From contig CAZYJF010000001.1 in the NCBI GenBank assembly GCA_964647715.1, positions 1-35,035 on the forward strand: 35,035 bases of DNA. Direction: 5' to 3'. Under the pieces are notes generated by a model. That model searched no databases. It worked only from the letters and a program-made list of their open reading frames with translations, and was not told the origin of the DNA. The DNA is from an uncultured Sulfurospirillum sp. GTDB lineage: Bacteria; Campylobacterota; Campylobacteria; Campylobacterales; QNZT01. Position 1 is the first letter of the stretch. Every line of letters begins with the position of its first letter. Made by a program: the position numbers and the translations under genes. Positions 18,663 to 26,802 of this stretch are shown piece after piece.

Positions 18663-19856
18663 TTGAAGAAGATATTATTATTAACAACATTTGCTGCGAC
18701 TTTAGTCTATGCAGATAGTTTGAGTGAGGCCCTAAAAAATGGGGTCTATTCTACAAAAGCTAGAGTCTTTTACTTTGATAGAAGTTTTGATAAGAGTGGG
18801 GTAGATGATGCTAGAGCTTTGACTGCTGGTGGTATTATGAAGTATGAGAGTGCTTCATATTATGGATTAAAAGCTGGTTTTGCTTACTATGGAAGTCATA
18901 GATTGGGATCTATCTTTAGTAAAGAGGAGGGGAAAGGTACTAGTATCTTAGGCAGAAGTGGTGAGAATCTGAGCTTTTTGGGTGAGGCTTACTTGGAGTA
19001 TTGTCTTTATTGTGCAGTAGAGGGGCTTACAAATACTACTATAAAAGTAGGTCGTCAACAGCTTGCAACTCCTCTTATCCAAAACCATGATCTTAGAATT
19101 TTACCTTCAGTTTATGAAGCGGCGATTATCAAAAATGAGGATATTTTAGATACACAGCTAGAACTTGGATATGTAAAAAGATATACAGGATTTACTTCAA
19201 AAGATAATAGATTTAATGACTATAATCAAAAGTGGGGTAAAGATGGTCTTGCATATGTGAGTGTTAAAAATAGTACAATTGCAAACTTGAGTATCCGTGC
19301 ACAGTATGTAAAAGCTCTTAGTGATGAGGATAAATTGGGAAATCTTGTAAAGGTTGATGATTATCGCTATATTGATGCAAAGTATGCATTGCCGTTTGGA
19401 AATAAGAGTTATATCAAAGCTCAATATGGTGGCAATGCCTATAATATAGGTGATGATTCAACAATGTATGGTGTAAAGATGGGGACTACTTTAGGTATGT
19501 TTGATTTTGCACTCTTGTATGATAAAGTAAATGACAATGAGTTCAAGGCAGTCGAATCTGGTCCTATGTATTCTGATTGGCAGCAAGGTTATGGTAATTA
19601 TGAACCAAGTGAAGCCTTTGGTGGACAGATCATCGCACACCCATTTTCTGGTATGAGTTTTAAGGTCGGATATGTTGATGTTAAAGCTGATGAGGGATTT
19701 GTCAGAGATGATTTTACTGAGATGAATATCGATGCAAAGTATAAGATCAATGATATTTCAAAACTAAGAGTAAGGTACTCTAAAAAGGATCAAACAGATA
19801 GCTCTGATCGTGAAGACAGGGATGATTTTAGGATTATTTATTATTTAAATTTTTAA
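18663..19856 (+). CDS. OprD-family-like outer membrane porin
   Basis: 397 aa from a TTG start, 7 nt after an AAGGAG RBS. Signal peptide MKKILLLTTFAATLVYA, amphipathic beta-strand periodicity, C-terminal YYLNF. N-terminus resembles campylobacterotal OprD-like porins (ARVFYFDRSF). Confidence 0.6.
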   Translation: MKKILLLTTFAATLVYADSLSEALKNGVYSTKARVFYFDRSFDKSGVDDARALTAGGIMKYESASYYGLKAGFAYYGSHRLGSIFSKEEGKGTSILGRSGENLSFLGEAYLEYCLYCAVEGLTNTTIKVGRQQLATPLIQNHDLRILPSVYEAAIIKNEDILDTQLELGYVKRYTGFTSKDNRFNDYNQKWGKDGLAYVSVKNSTIANLSIRAQYVKALSDEDKLGNLVKVDDYRYIDAKYALPFGNKSYIKAQYGGNAYNIGDDSTMYGVKMGTTLGMFDFALLYDKVNDNEFKAVESGPMYSDWQQGYGNYEPSEAFGGQIIAHPFSGMSFKVGYVDVKADEGFVRDDFTEMNIDAKYKINDISKLRVRYSKKDQTDSSDREDRDDFRIIYYLNF

Positions 19857-19872
19857 CTGATACAATGCTCGA

Positions 19873-21156
19873 ATGAGATTTATTAGATTATTGATTTTGT
19901 TTTTGGCAATCTTTGCCATACCTTTTGCTTATGTCATCTATGACAGGACTCTTCATAAGAGTGAGATAAGTATAGCCACCGGAGGAAAATCTGGTGGTTA
20001 TTATGCTACTGCACTCAAATATAAAAAAATTCTTAAAAATTATGGTATTGATCTAAAGTTGATTACTACCAATGGATCTATAGATGCTCAAAATAGACTG
20101 ATAAATTCCAAGGTTGATTATGCATTTGTTCAGGGTGGAACGCAGATCAAAGATAGAGGTATTAAAGCCTTGGCAAACATAGCATATGAGCCAATATGGG
20201 TATTTGTTCGAGATAAAAATATAAGTAAATTAAATCAACTCTTTAAGAAGAGAGTGGCAGTTGGAAAGATAGGTAGTGGAGTGTGGCCAGTTGCTAAAAA
20301 TTTGCTAAATGAGCTTGGTATTGATGAAAACAATACAAAACTTTTACATCTATCAAACAGTGATGCAGCAAAGAAACTTCAAGAAGCTAAAATTGATGCT
20401 ATGTTTTATGTGGCATCGCCAAATGCAAAGATAGTAAAAGAGCTTCTTTTAGATGATAATATATCGCTACTAAATTTTCAGGATGCAAACACATTTAGAC
20501 AATATTTTTTAAAAAAGAGTCAAGATTTTCAAATACTTAAATTATTTGAGTCTAGTTTTGATCTTAAAGAGCATAGTCCAAAAGATGATCATACTCTGCT
20601 TGCAAAGCATACGATTTTGGCGACTAAGAGTGCATCAGATGATATGACTAGACTTATGATGAAAGTAGTTGATGAGGTTCACAAAGGGGCTGGAATATTT
20701 CATAAAGAGGGAACTTTCCCAAATAGTTCAATGTTGCCATTTCCTCAAGATGATGCGGCAAGAGAGTATTTTTCTCAAAAGAGTCATTTTTATGAGGAGC
20801 ATTTTGATTATTGGACTGCTCAGAGTTTGAATAGGCTTCATGATTTTGTACTTTTGTATATTTTGCCTATCTTGACAATTTTTGCATTTTTTGTAGAGGT
20901 TATTATGCCAACTATCGAGTGGATTCATCGTAAAAAGATAATCAAATGGTATGATAAGATCAATGCTCTTGATACTGGGATAGAGCATTTGAGTGTGGAA
21001 GAGGCTAAAAAGAAAAAGGCAATTTTGGAAGATATTTTGCATGAGGTTAGAAACCAAGATGATATTCCCCCTTCTCATATGGAAGAGTTTTACTCACTCC
21101 AAAATCAAATCGCAAATATCTTAAACGATCTTCAAAAACAGATTGATGGAGAATAA
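19873..21156 (+). CDS. TAXI-family TRAP-type solute-binding protein with an N-terminal signal anchor, a C-terminal TM helix and a cytoplasmic coiled-coil tail
   Basis: 427 aa. TAXI signature IATGGKSGGYYATAL follows an N-terminal hydrophobic helix. A second hydrophobic helix, FVLLYILPILTIFAFFVEVIMPTI, lies near residue 325. It is followed by ~75 charged, heptad-like residues. Confidence 0.65.
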   Translation: MRFIRLLILFLAIFAIPFAYVIYDRTLHKSEISIATGGKSGGYYATALKYKKILKNYGIDLKLITTNGSIDAQNRLINSKVDYAFVQGGTQIKDRGIKALANIAYEPIWVFVRDKNISKLNQLFKKRVAVGKIGSGVWPVAKNLLNELGIDENNTKLLHLSNSDAAKKLQEAKIDAMFYVASPNAKIVKELLLDDNISLLNFQDANTFRQYFLKKSQDFQILKLFESSFDLKEHSPKDDHTLLAKHTILATKSASDDMTRLMMKVVDEVHKGAGIFHKEGTFPNSSMLPFPQDDAAREYFSQKSHFYEEHFDYWTAQSLNRLHDFVLLYILPILTIFAFFVEVIMPTIEWIHRKKIIKWYDKINALDTGIEHLSVEEAKKKKAILEDILHEVRNQDDIPPSHMEEFYSLQNQIANILNDLQKQIDGE

Positions 21157-21169
21157 CAAAGTATTTGAA

Positions 21170-22312
21170 TTAATCTTTTAGTATGGAGTGAGTGATCTCC
21201 TCTAAAAGCACAGTTGCATATGAACCTTTTGGGAGTGAAAAGCTAAGCTCTGCCCAAGCCTCCTCTGGCCTTATTTTAACTTCAAGATCATCTGCCCAAA
21301 TCCAAGCAAATCTTCTTGCCCCATTCATCTGATCCAAAAACTCTTCAGCCTCTTTTGTGATATCTTTTTCAAAATTTCCAGCGATTGCTGTTGCATTTTT
21401 TGCTTTTTTACCTGCTAGTAGGCCAGTTATCGTGATATCTTTATTTAAAAATCTTTTACTCTCCTCTTCTAAATCTTCACAAAGAAAGATCTTTCCATAT
21501 GGATAGTGGTGGCATAGATCACCAGGAAGCATTTTAAAAAAGTGTTCTTGTTTATGTATTAGTTTAATAAACTCTTTTGGAAAGTTAAATACTTGATCTA
21601 ACTCATCTATATTAAAAGAAGCAAACAGTTTTGATATCTCAACTCTTTTTGCAAGCCATAGATTAAAGAGGTGGCTTTGATAGGCTGATATGAAGAACTT
21701 TTTCATCTTTTTATCTTTTGCTTTTATCTCTCCTGTTAGAATCTTTTTGGCATAATCAAAGTTATCACCATCTTTACCAAATCGTTGATAACCAAAATAG
21801 TTTGGAAAACCTGATCTTTTGATTATTTTGACTACATTTTCTAACTTTTTTGCATTTGTTGGATTTACTTTTTTTAGTCTTATGAAGAATCGATTTCCTT
21901 TTAGATGTCCGATTTTTATCTTATTGTTGTGGTAAGTAGATTCAATGATCTTGATCTTTGGATGGGAGAAATTTTCTACCTTTTTTTCATAAGTTTTGGG
22001 TAGTGAGATGTATTGGGTTGTCATTCCATCTTTGTCTTTTAGACCGGCATAGCCAAACTCTCTTTGCTTTATTCCTATAAATGAACTAAGCTCTTTTAAC
22101 ATTTGCCAAGTTGTCAAATCTCTTTTTCTAATGTGCAGTATGAGATGTTCTCCATCACCACTAAAAGGGTATAGTGGTATCTCATTTACTACGAAATCTT
22201 TTGAGTTTTTGGTAAAACATAGATCAATAGGGGTGTGATTTAGAAAAAAGAGTCTATTCAAAGTGATGCTCCTTGCAGATTGTATTATACTCGCCAGTCG
22301 TTGCTTTTGCAA
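21170..22312 (-). CDS. truD: tRNA pseudouridine(13) synthase TruD
   Basis: TruD catalytic motif YAGLKDKDGMTTQ. The ORF track starts at TTG 22312, giving a 59-nt overlap with thiL. An in-frame TTG at 22261 gives MNRLFFLNHTPIDLCF..., which matches the usual TruD N-terminus and leaves only an 8-nt overlap. The true start is probably 22261. Confidence 0.88.
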   Translation of the reverse strand: MQKQRLASIIQSARSITLNRLFFLNHTPIDLCFTKNSKDFVVNEIPLYPFSGDGEHLILHIRKRDLTTWQMLKELSSFIGIKQREFGYAGLKDKDGMTTQYISLPKTYEKKVENFSHPKIKIIESTYHNNKIKIGHLKGNRFFIRLKKVNPTNAKKLENVVKIIKRSGFPNYFGYQRFGKDGDNFDYAKKILTGEIKAKDKKMKKFFISAYQSHLFNLWLAKRVEISKLFASFNIDELDQVFNFPKEFIKLIHKQEHFFKMLPGDLCHHYPYGKIFLCEDLEEESKRFLNKDITITGLLAGKKAKNATAIAGNFEKDITKEAEEFLDQMNGARRFAWIWADDLEVKIRPEEAWAELSFSLPKGSYATVLLEEITHSILKD

Positions 22313-23075
22313 AAAAAGTTACTTTAGTATCTGTTTCTTTAGCGATATATTCTATCATTTTTTTATCTTTTTTGTCACATGCAAAGAGTATTTCGTACTC
22401 TTCTCCAGAACAGAGCTCCAATTCACTAAGAGAGCAGGTAAATTCAAATCCAATATCATTTAGTTTGGATAGTCGTGAAAGATCCTTGCTTAGTCCATCT
22501 GAGATATCCATCGTAGCCTTTATGTAGGGTGATGCTTGAAAAACAAACTCTTTTCTTAAAGTCGGTTTTATTAGCTTTGAGTTTGGTGGAATCTTCTCTC
22601 CTTTGAGTGCTGCTTGTAAATCTTTTGCAACGGATCCTAGACTTCCTGTGAATCCTATCAAATCACCAGTTTGGATAGTTTTTCTGTAAATTGGTTTTTT
22701 TGAACTTGAGATGATTGTGATTGAGATATCAAGCTTATCTCCTGCTACTGTATCTCCTCCTATGATGGTGCATGAAAACTCATCAGAGGCTTTTAAAAAA
22801 CCGTTTGAGAGCTCTTTTAGTTGATCTTTTGTGAAGCTTGAGGGGATTTTGATACTTAAGAGGGCATATTTTGGTTTTGCATTCATTGCAATTGCATCGG
22901 ATATATTGACTATCATACTTTTGTATGCGATTTGCTCCAAGCTCATCCATGATCTTTTAAAATGTATATCTTCGCAGAATAGATCAGAGGAGTAGATAAG
23001 ACCATCTACCACAGAAGCATCATCGCCGATAAATTTATTCTCAAAAAGTGAGATGAAATATGACTCTTTATCCAT
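22254..23075 (-). CDS. thiL: Thiamine-monophosphate kinase
   Basis: 273 aa. AIR-synthase-like fold motifs IGDDASV, GGDTV and MDISDGLSKDL. Confidence 0.88.
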   Translation of the reverse strand: MDKESYFISLFENKFIGDDASVVDGLIYSSDLFCEDIHFKRSWMSLEQIAYKSMIVNISDAIAMNAKPKYALLSIKIPSSFTKDQLKELSNGFLKASDEFSCTIIGGDTVAGDKLDISITIISSSKKPIYRKTIQTGDLIGFTGSLGSVAKDLQAALKGEKIPPNSKLIKPTLRKEFVFQASPYIKATMDISDGLSKDLSRLSKLNDIGFEFTCSLSELELCSGEEYEILFACDKKDKKMIEYIAKETDTKVTFFAKATTGEYNTICKEHHFE

Positions 23076-23104
23076 TAGGCTATATTAACCAAAAATTGTT
23101 ATGA

Positions 23105-23437
23105 TTGTGCAAAAAGAAGGGGATGAGAGTGGAAAAGGCATTAAAGATATTTATAGATGATCTATTAAGAGATGATTTTTATGCTGCACATGAGGATTTA
23201 GAACACTATTGGCATACAATCAGAAAGACAGACCACCCACTAAAAAATCTCTGCAAAGGTTTTATCAATGGAGCAACGGCTTTTGAGCTCGTAAAAAGGG
23301 GAAATATTGATGGTGCAAAAAGACTTTGGGGTACTTATGAAAAGTACTTGGTATTGATGGAAAAAGGGATAGAAAATTATGAGCTTTTTGTAGAGGCTGA
23401 TCTCATACTTCAAGGGTTAAAGAAGCAGAGACTTTAA
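23105..23437 (+). CDS. DUF309 domain protein
   Basis: DUF309-like helical motif FYAAHEDLEHYWH. The track start is TTG at 23105. ATG at 23123 (MRVEKALK...), preceded by AAGAAGGGG, is the more likely start. Confidence 0.7.
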   Translation: MCKKKGMRVEKALKIFIDDLLRDDFYAAHEDLEHYWHTIRKTDHPLKNLCKGFINGATAFELVKRGNIDGAKRLWGTYEKYLVLMEKGIENYELFVEADLILQGLKKQRL

Positions 23438-23450
23438 TATCTGCTTCTTT
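23419..23450. terminator. Perfect 11-bp hairpin spanning the overlapping stop codons of the convergent DUF309 and Sel1 genes; putative bidirectional terminator
   Basis: Arms AAAGAAGCAGA (23419-23429) and TCTGCTTCTTT (23440-23450) with a 10-nt loop. The loop contains TTAA (23434-23437), which supplies both stop codons. A-tract and T-tract flanks fit a bidirectional design. Confidence 0.55.
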
Positions 23451-23871
23451 GTAAAAGTTGATAATTGTAACAGCCAGTTTCGCTTCCACTCATACAAGCT
23501 TTATAGAACAATTTCTTTGCTTTATAGATGTTTTTAGGGACTCCCTTTCCTTTTGTGTATAAAACTCCAAGAGCATTATATCCTTGAGGATAACCTAGTG
23601 CTATTGATCTTTTGTAGCGTTTGATTGCATTGCAGTAGTTGTAATTGTCTGTTGTAGAGTCACTACAGTTTGAAAATGAATATAGTGCTTGAACTGCAGT
23701 GCAAGAACTCGTACTCCTTTCTCTTTGCCAAGCGTTCTCATATGCATATCCTGTGTCATAACAAGACTTTGCATTACCTCTGTCACACATCTTTGACTTG
23801 CAAGTTAGTGTATTTGCACTCAAAGTTGTGCTAGTGAATATAAAAACTGATGTTAATATAATTTTTTTCAT
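23434..23871 (-). CDS. Secreted cysteine-rich Sel1-like repeat protein (Helicobacter Hcp-like)
   Basis: 145 aa. Signal peptide MKKIILTSVFIFTSTTLSA. Clear SLR unit YNALGVLYTKGKGVPKNIYKAKKLFYKACMSGSETGCYNY. Eight Cys in the mature part, including two C-x7-C pairs (MCDRGNAKSC, ACMSGSETGC) as in Hcp proteins. Confidence 0.8.
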   Translation of the reverse strand: MKKIILTSVFIFTSTTLSANTLTCKSKMCDRGNAKSCYDTGYAYENAWQRERSTSSCTAVQALYSFSNCSDSTTDNYNYCNAIKRYKRSIALGYPQGYNALGVLYTKGKGVPKNIYKAKKLFYKACMSGSETGCYNYQLLQRSRY

Positions 23872-23913
23872 ATGCTTTCCTAAAAATAACTTTAATATTT
23901 CTTAAAATCGTAA

Positions 23914-23919
23914 ATTATA
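23914..23919 (-). promoter_or_regulatory. Candidate -10 hexamer (TATAAT on the minus strand) for the Sel1-like gene
   Basis: The reverse complement of attata at 23914-23919 is TATAAT, ~43 nt upstream of the start codon. AGGAAAG RBS follows. Confidence 0.4.
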
Positions 23920-24045
23920 TGCTTTAGATTATAGTTTGAGAGTAAATTCTAGAATTTGCTCTAGGAGAGTGAAAAAAAGTAACAGTAGATAAGTTATTAC
24001 TTTTCTTAATAGTTGTATTTTTGTAAATTTTCAGCAATTTAATAC

Positions 24046-24051
24046 TATAAT
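24046..24051 (+). promoter_or_regulatory. Candidate -10 hexamer (TATAAT) for the sdh operon
   Basis: Perfect TATAAT 40 nt upstream of the sdhA ATG. AAGGA RBS ~8 nt before the ATG. AT-rich upstream region. Confidence 0.45.
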
Positions 24052-24090
24052 ATCCTGACAATTTATAAATTTTTTCAAAGGACACTGTTT

Positions 24091-25803
24091 ATGGGTATTG
24101 CGATTCATCAATATGATGCTGTCATTGTGGGTGCCGGACTAGCAGGTCTTGCAGCAGCAAGAGAGCTAAAGAAAGCAGGTAAAAATGTCGTAGTTATTAC
24201 AAAACTACACCCTCTTAGGAGTCACTCTGGTGCTGCTCAAGGTGGTATAAATGCGGCTTTTTCAAAAGAAGATAGCATAGAAGCACATGAGTTTGATACA
24301 GTTAAGGGAAGTGACTATTTAGCAGATCAAGATGCTGTTGAGTTTATGTGTAACACTGCTCCTGAGCTTGTTAGATGGTTTGAGCATATGGGTGCTGTAT
24401 TTAGTAGAAATGAAGATGGTACGATTGCTCAAAGACCATTTGGTGGGCAGTCACATCCAAGAGCTTGTTTTGCCAAGGATAGAACAGGTTTGACTCTACT
24501 TCAGACGATGTTTGAGCAGACAAACAGATTGGGTGTTGATTTTCTTGATGAGTGGTATGTATCTGATATCATCTATGAAGATGGTGTAGTAAAGGGAGTA
24601 TGTGCATACGATATAAAGACAAGTGAACCGGCAATTTTCAATGCAAAAACAGTAATGTTTGCAACAGGTGGATATGGAAGAGCTTTTAAGATCAACTCAA
24701 ATGCCCATGCAAATACCGGTGATGCACTATCTATCGTGGCAAGACATGGTTTACCACTTGAGGATATGGAGTTTGTTCAATTTCACCCAACAGGACTTGC
24801 AGGAACTGGGATCTTGATGAGTGAGGCAGCAAGAGGAGAAGGTGGGAAGCTTTTAAACTCCAAAGGTGAGAGATTTATGAAAAAGTATGCTCCTTCAAAA
24901 ATGGAGCTAGGTCCAAGAGATTTGGTTAGTAGATCAATCACTCAAGAGGTGCTTGAGGGAAGAGGAGTTGGACCTGATAAAGATGCAGTTTATCTTGATC
25001 TAACTCATCTTGGAGAAGAGAAGATCATGGAGAGACTTCCTGAACTAAGAGATTTGGCTATCACATTTTTAGGGCTAGATATGGTAAAAGAGCCTATTAT
25101 GATTGCAGCGACTGCTCACTACTCAATGGGTGGAATACCAGTGACTATAGAAGGAAGAGCTAAAAAGAGTCCAACTGAATTGGTCAAAGGTTTTTATGCT
25201 GCAGGAGAGTGTTCATGTGTGAGTGTTCATGGAGCAAACAGGCTTGGAGCAAACTCAGTTTTAGAGGCTCCTTTGTTTGGGCGACATGTGGGTAGAACCA
25301 TGGCAAAAGATATTGATGATTTAGAGCTTCATGAAGTGAGTGAAGATGTGGCTAAGAAAATGCTTGATGAGATGAAATTTTTGATTGAGAATAATGGTGA
25401 TGAGCGAGTTCCAGAGTTAAGAACCCAGTTGCAAGCTTCCATGACAGAAAATGCAGGTGTATTTAGAACAAAAGAGTCTTTGCAAAAGCAAAAAGAGATC
25501 ATCCAAAAACTTAGAAAAAGATACAAAAATATTAGAATAGATGATAAGAGTAAGGTCTATAACACTGACTTACAAGAGGCGATAGAGTTAGGTCATATGC
25601 TTGATTTTTCTGCCTTTATTGTTGAGGGTGCTTTGGCTAGAGAGGAGAGTAGAGGAGCTCACTTTAGAAATGATTTTCCAAAGAGGAATGATGATAAGTT
25701 TTTAAAACACACTTATGCATATATGGATGAAAACGGTGATGTCTCTATCGAACATGGAGATGTTGTACTTGGCAAATTTAAGCCTGAAGCTAGAACTTAT
25801 TAG
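24091..25803 (+). CDS. sdhA: Succinate dehydrogenase/fumarate reductase flavoprotein subunit, with no Tat signal
   Basis: 570 aa. The N-terminus runs straight into the FAD motif [15 protein letters not shown]. Covalent-FAD histidine motif [11 protein letters not shown]. Active-site segments HPTG and RGAHFR. Confidence 0.95.
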   Translation: MGIAIHQYDAVIVGAGLAGLAAARELKKAGKNVVVITKLHPLRSHSGAAQGGINAAFSKEDSIEAHEFDTVKGSDYLADQDAVEFMCNTAPELVRWFEHMGAVFSRNEDGTIAQRPFGGQSHPRACFAKDRTGLTLLQTMFEQTNRLGVDFLDEWYVSDIIYEDGVVKGVCAYDIKTSEPAIFNAKTVMFATGGYGRAFKINSNAHANTGDALSIVARHGLPLEDMEFVQFHPTGLAGTGILMSEAARGEGGKLLNSKGERFMKKYAPSKMELGPRDLVSRSITQEVLEGRGVGPDKDAVYLDLTHLGEEKIMERLPELRDLAITFLGLDMVKEPIMIAATAHYSMGGIPVTIEGRAKKSPTELVKGFYAAGECSCVSVHGANRLGANSVLEAPLFGRHVGRTMAKDIDDLELHEVSEDVAKKMLDEMKFLIENNGDERVPELRTQLQASMTENAGVFRTKESLQKQKEIIQKLRKRYKNIRIDDKSKVYNTDLQEAIELGHMLDFSAFIVEGALAREESRGAHFRNDFPKRNDDKFLKHTYAYMDENGDVSIEHGDVVLGKFKPEARTY

Positions 25804-25806
25804 GAT

Positions 25807-26802
25807 TTGATGATGGCAGAAATGAAAACGAAAAAATTGACTTTTAAAGTATTTAGATTTGATAGAGATAGTGATTATCTTCCAACTTATAAGACATATG
25901 AATTGGATGTAAAACCTGGAGAGGTAGTACTAGATATATTAAACAGGATTAAGTGGGAGCATGATGGAAGTTTCTCATACAGAAGAAGTTGCAGGCATGG
26001 AATTTGTGGTTCTTGTGCAGTTAAGGTAAATGGAAAGGCTACACTTGCTTGTAAAGATAGGGTAAGTGATCTTATTGAGACATTTGGGGAAGAGCTTACT
26101 ATTGAGCCTCAAGATACAAAAAGAGCTATTAAAGATATGGTGATTGATAAGAGTAACTTTTGGCAAAAATATAACAGTGTTGAGCCATTTTTGAAAGCTA
26201 CTATCGATGAAGCACCTCAAAAAGAGAACTTGGTTCCTCCAGCACTAGCTGAAAAAATTGATGATGCAGATTACTGTATTCAGTGTGGAAATTGCTACTA
26301 CTCATGTCCTGCAGTTGAAGTAAATCCTGCCTATATGGGACCTGCGGCTTTAGCTCTTACATATAGGTTTAATGCTGATGTGAGAGATGAAGGGAAAAGA
26401 GATAGATTAGAGACAGTAAATGAAATGGGATCAGGAATTTGGAACTGTGTGAAGTGTTTTGAGTGTGCTGAGGCTTGTCCAAAAGAGCTTGATCCTATCG
26501 GCAAAATTACAAAACTACACCAACAGACATTCCAAGAGGGTATGGCTGATAATAATGTAGCTGTAAGGCATGCTGTGGGATTTAAGCCAAGTATCCAAAA
26601 GCATGGACTTCTTGATGAGGGTGAACTTGTGAAGTATTCTGAAGGGATCCCAGGAGTCTTAAAGCATGTGCCAACTGCAATTAAGATGTTTAGAAAAGGT
26701 AAGATCATTCCACCATGGAAGATGCCAAAAAGTAAGAATTTAGATGAGATTCAAAAGTTAGTAGAGATTAGTTCTACGGTAAAGTTTAAGGGGATAAAAT
26801 GA
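25807..26802 (+). CDS. sdhB: Succinate dehydrogenase/fumarate reductase iron-sulfur subunit, type-E-like with an extra Cys
   Basis: 331 aa; ATG at 25810 or 25813 is the likely start. [2Fe-2S] motif CRHGICGSCAVKVNGKATLAC. CIQCGNCYYSCP, plus CVKCFECAEACP, which is a full CxxCxxCxxxCP motif instead of the classical 3Fe motif. Carries a ~90-aa C-terminal extension. Confidence 0.93.
   Translation: MMMAEMKTKKLTFKVFRFDRDSDYLPTYKTYELDVKPGEVVLDILNRIKWEHDGSFSYRRSCRHGICGSCAVKVNGKATLACKDRVSDLIETFGEELTIEPQDTKRAIKDMVIDKSNFWQKYNSVEPFLKATIDEAPQKENLVPPALAEKIDDADYCIQCGNCYYSCPAVEVNPAYMGPAALALTYRFNADVRDEGKRDRLETVNEMGSGIWNCVKCFECAEACPKELDPIGKITKLHQQTFQEGMADNNVAVRHAVGFKPSIQKHGLLDEGELVKYSEGIPGVLKHVPTAIKMFRKGKIIPPWKMPKSKNLDEIQKLVEISSTVKFKGIK

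Noticed and set aside
22262-22312. Apparent 59-nt out-of-frame overlap between truD and thiL.
   Set aside because: It is probably an artefact of taking the most upstream TTG. The in-frame TTG at 22261 yields the conserved TruD N-terminus and only an 8-nt overlap.
23976-24003. Imperfect hairpin AAAGTAA-N14-TTACTTT, followed by a T-run, upstream of sdhA.
   Set aside because: The stem is only 7 AT-rich base pairs with a 14-nt loop. No upstream plus-strand gene is there to be terminated, and it is not distinguishable from chance.
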